Assembly: GCA_019058245.1 (NCBI GenBank)
Contig: JAHPZJ010000024.1
Location: forward strand, 30,036 to 94,035
Length of the DNA stretch: 64,000 nucleotides
Source: Promethearchaeota archaeon
GTDB taxonomy: Archaea > Asgardarchaeota > Lokiarchaeia > Sigyniarchaeales > SOKP01
Direction of reading: 5' to 3'
The translations under genes were made by a program, and so were the position numbers. The notes under the pieces are model-generated. The model saw only the letters and a list, made by a program, of their open reading frames with translations, was not told the origin of the DNA and did not search any database. This document shows, piece by piece, positions 61,864 to 64,000 of the stretch (position 1 is the first letter of the stretch; each line of letters opens with the position of its first letter).

Positions 61864-62811
61864 TTATTTTGATTGTCCTTCTGGTCCGTACCAACCTTGT
61901 TTTATATATAGATATGCATTCATTGCCGCTGTCGTGGCTTCACCAGTAGCAGTTGTTACCTGTCGGATTCCTCCAGTAACATCCCCCGCCGCATATATAC
62001 CTGGGAAATTAGTTTCTTGATTTCTGTTAACTTTAATGCAATTATTTTCATCAAGTTCGACACCTGCTTTTTTTGCTAAGTCACTCTGTGGCTCAACTCC
62101 TATTGCTATGAATAAAGCTTTTACATCAATATTAGAAATTTCACCTGTTTCAAGATTTTTAACTTTTAATTGAACTAATTTGTTGTCTTTAGTTATTGCT
62201 TCTTCAACCACACAGTTATACATTGGTTCAACATTCGGTAATTCATCAACTTCATCTGCAATGCACGCTTCTGCTCGCATACAATGACGTCTATGAATAA
62301 GATATACTTTTTTTGCAATACCAGAAAGATAAATAACTTCTAGACCAGCAGCATTACTACCTCCAACTGTTGCAACAACTTGATCTCGAAATAATGGGCC
62401 GTCACAAGTTGCACAGTAAGATATTCCATTACCCACTAATTCAAATTCATTAGATAAGCCAAGGGTTAAATGCTTTGATCCAGTTGCTATAATTATTGCT
62501 TTAGCTTTTGTGTCTCCTTCATAAGTTGTTACTGTCATTTCTTTTGGATTAATTGCTGAGACTTCATTAAAGAAAAAAGATGTGCCCCAATTTTCAGCCT
62601 GTTTTCTCATTTTTTCTGTTAGTTCAAGTCCATTAATACTATCAAAACCAGGATAGTTTTCGATTTTAGGAGCGGTTCCTGCTAAACCTCCAAATCCCTT
62701 ACTCTCAAAGAGCGCAGTTTTTAATCCCATCCTTCCACCGTAAATAGCTGCTGTTAAACCAGCAGGTCCACCACCAATAATAGCAAGCTCTATTTCATTT
62801 TTATTAGACAA
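61864..62811 (-). CDS. trxB: Thioredoxin reductase
   Basis: GGGPAG, ENYPG, SYCATCDG, HRR, AAGD. Confidence 0.93.
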   Translation of the reverse strand: MSNKNEIELAIIGGGPAGLTAAIYGGRMGLKTALFESKGFGGLAGTAPKIENYPGFDSINGLELTEKMRKQAENWGTSFFFNEVSAINPKEMTVTTYEGDTKAKAIIIATGSKHLTLGLSNEFELVGNGISYCATCDGPLFRDQVVATVGGSNAAGLEVIYLSGIAKKVYLIHRRHCMRAEACIADEVDELPNVEPMYNCVVEEAITKDNKLVQLKVKNLETGEISNIDVKALFIAIGVEPQSDLAKKAGVELDENNCIKVNRNQETNFPGIYAAGDVTGGIRQVTTATGEATTAAMNAYLYIKQGWYGPEGQSK

Positions 62812-62905
62812 TTTTAATCTCCATATCTTTATTGCTTAACCAAATTTACTTAATTATAATCTTTTTAGTTTTTTAATATTTTTTTCAATTCCCCTTTTGA
62901 ACAAT

Positions 62906-63850
62906 TTAATCCTTCTTTAGTTGTCGAAGATATTTACAGGCATTTATTGCTGCCCGTGCGCCTTCTGCAGTAGCAAATACTACTTGAAATAGACCACCGG
63001 TACAATCTCCAGCAGCATAAACTCCTTTAAGATTTGTCTTTTGTTCTCCATCAACTATAATATTCCCACTTTCATCCAATTCTACTCCTGCTTTTTTGAA
63101 AATGAAATTAGAGGATATATGGGACAAAATAAATAAACATTTTAATTCAAATTCTCTTAATTCTTCATTTTCTTCTGATTCAGGGTGAGTAGATTTGCAT
63201 ATAATCTTGTGAATCATACCTTCTGAATCCGAAATTGCTTCAATTACTTCCATATTTTCAAAAATTTCAATTCCATTTTCTTTAACTTCATAAGCTTTAT
63301 CTGATAACTCTTCAATCCCCAAATCGGTAATTATATGAACAATACAACCCATTTGTTGTAGTGTTAAGGCTTCCTCTAACGTTTCTTCGTCTTTACCATA
63401 TAAATAGACATTATTGTCTTTATACAAAGGTCCATCATTTAATGCACTATATGAAACGCCAAATCCTAATAAATTGCTTTCTCCTTTAATAATTTCTTTT
63501 CGAGTACCTACCCCTGTTGCTATAATAACAACATCAGAAGAAATAGTTGATGTCCTTGTTGTTGTTACATTTGCACCCATACCAAGCATTAATGAAATTA
63601 TATCACCTTGAATAATCTTAATATTTTCAGAATAACTTTCAGCATGTACTCTAAACTTTTTCAAAAGATTTTTACCTTTAATATCGATTTCTCCAGGCCA
63701 ATTTTGAATTTCTTTAGCTTTTTCTAATCCAGATAACTGTTTTCCATCGAGAATTATGACATCCCTATTTGCTCGAGCACAATAAATACCAGCACTTAGC
63801 CCTGCAGGGCCACTACCAATAATTAATACCTCACATTTTAATTCATCCAT
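62906..63850 (-). CDS. Thioredoxin-reductase-like flavoprotein lacking the redox CxxC
   Basis: GSGPAG, ATG and AAGD are retained, but SYSALNDG replaces SYCxxCDG. Confidence 0.85.
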   Translation of the reverse strand: MDELKCEVLIIGSGPAGLSAGIYCARANRDVIILDGKQLSGLEKAKEIQNWPGEIDIKGKNLLKKFRVHAESYSENIKIIQGDIISLMLGMGANVTTTRTSTISSDVVIIATGVGTRKEIIKGESNLLGFGVSYSALNDGPLYKDNNVYLYGKDEETLEEALTLQQMGCIVHIITDLGIEELSDKAYEVKENGIEIFENMEVIEAISDSEGMIHKIICKSTHPESEENEELREFELKCLFILSHISSNFIFKKAGVELDESGNIIVDGEQKTNLKGVYAAGDCTGGLFQVVFATAEGARAAINACKYLRQLKKD

Positions 63851-64000
63851 ATAATCAACCTCTCAGAAAAATCTTGATGTTTTTCAAAAGAAGAACTAGC
63901 TGTATCGATTCCATAGTAACTTTTTATTATTATATTAAGTATAGGGATTTAATCAATTTATATAAAATCTCTTTCAAAATCGGTATTATATAAATTTTTC

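Noticed and set aside
3384-63611. Many short antisense or overlapping ORFs in the track (e.g. 3384-3734, 4446-4877, 24203-24538, 44150-44374, 51574-51927, 61793-62020)
   Set aside because: They overlap well-supported genes and have Phe/Ser/Ile-rich shadow composition with no motifs.
1-64000. CRISPR arrays, tRNA/rRNA genes, transposases
   Set aside because: No regularly spaced repeats, cloverleaf or rRNA-like GC-rich blocks, or transposase motifs were seen by eye.

Overview
Very AT-rich archaeal chromosomal segment whose gene content points to an Asgard archaeon, most likely Lokiarchaeia-type. The evidence is several eukaryotic-signature proteins (Rab-like and MglA/Arf-like GTPases, a tandem roadblock, longin/uDENN-like proteins, a gelsolin-domain protein, three Rpn11/CSN5-like JAMM proteases, VWA-RING/PHD proteins) mixed with archaeal core genes (cdc6, xerA, purA, hdrABC with mvhD, the MA1821/MA1822-type homocysteine pathway). 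No rRNA, tRNA, CRISPR array or transposase was recognised. The strongest candidate novelty is a 29-nt insertion (44571-44599, minus strand) in a zinc-ribbon/LURP-one (scramblase-family) gene. It folds as an archaeal bulge-helix-bulge, and canonical cleavage restores a 237-aa reading frame exactly, so it is a candidate mRNA intron spliced by tRNA endonuclease. Second is a ~150-nt intergenic, multi-stem, probably pseudoknotted RNA with its own TATA box and U-tract (29428-29580) that I cannot assign to a known family. Other leads: a cluster of three JAMM-coiled-coil proteases, an NPRL2-like longin-wHTH gene beside a GTPase, a TFIIH p44/p34-like VWA-zinc pair, a shared RQLPxIP (SH3-ligand-like) motif, a gelsolin-HeH fusion and a Cys-less thioredoxin reductase paralog. 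All family assignments come from motifs read by eye; no database searches were run.
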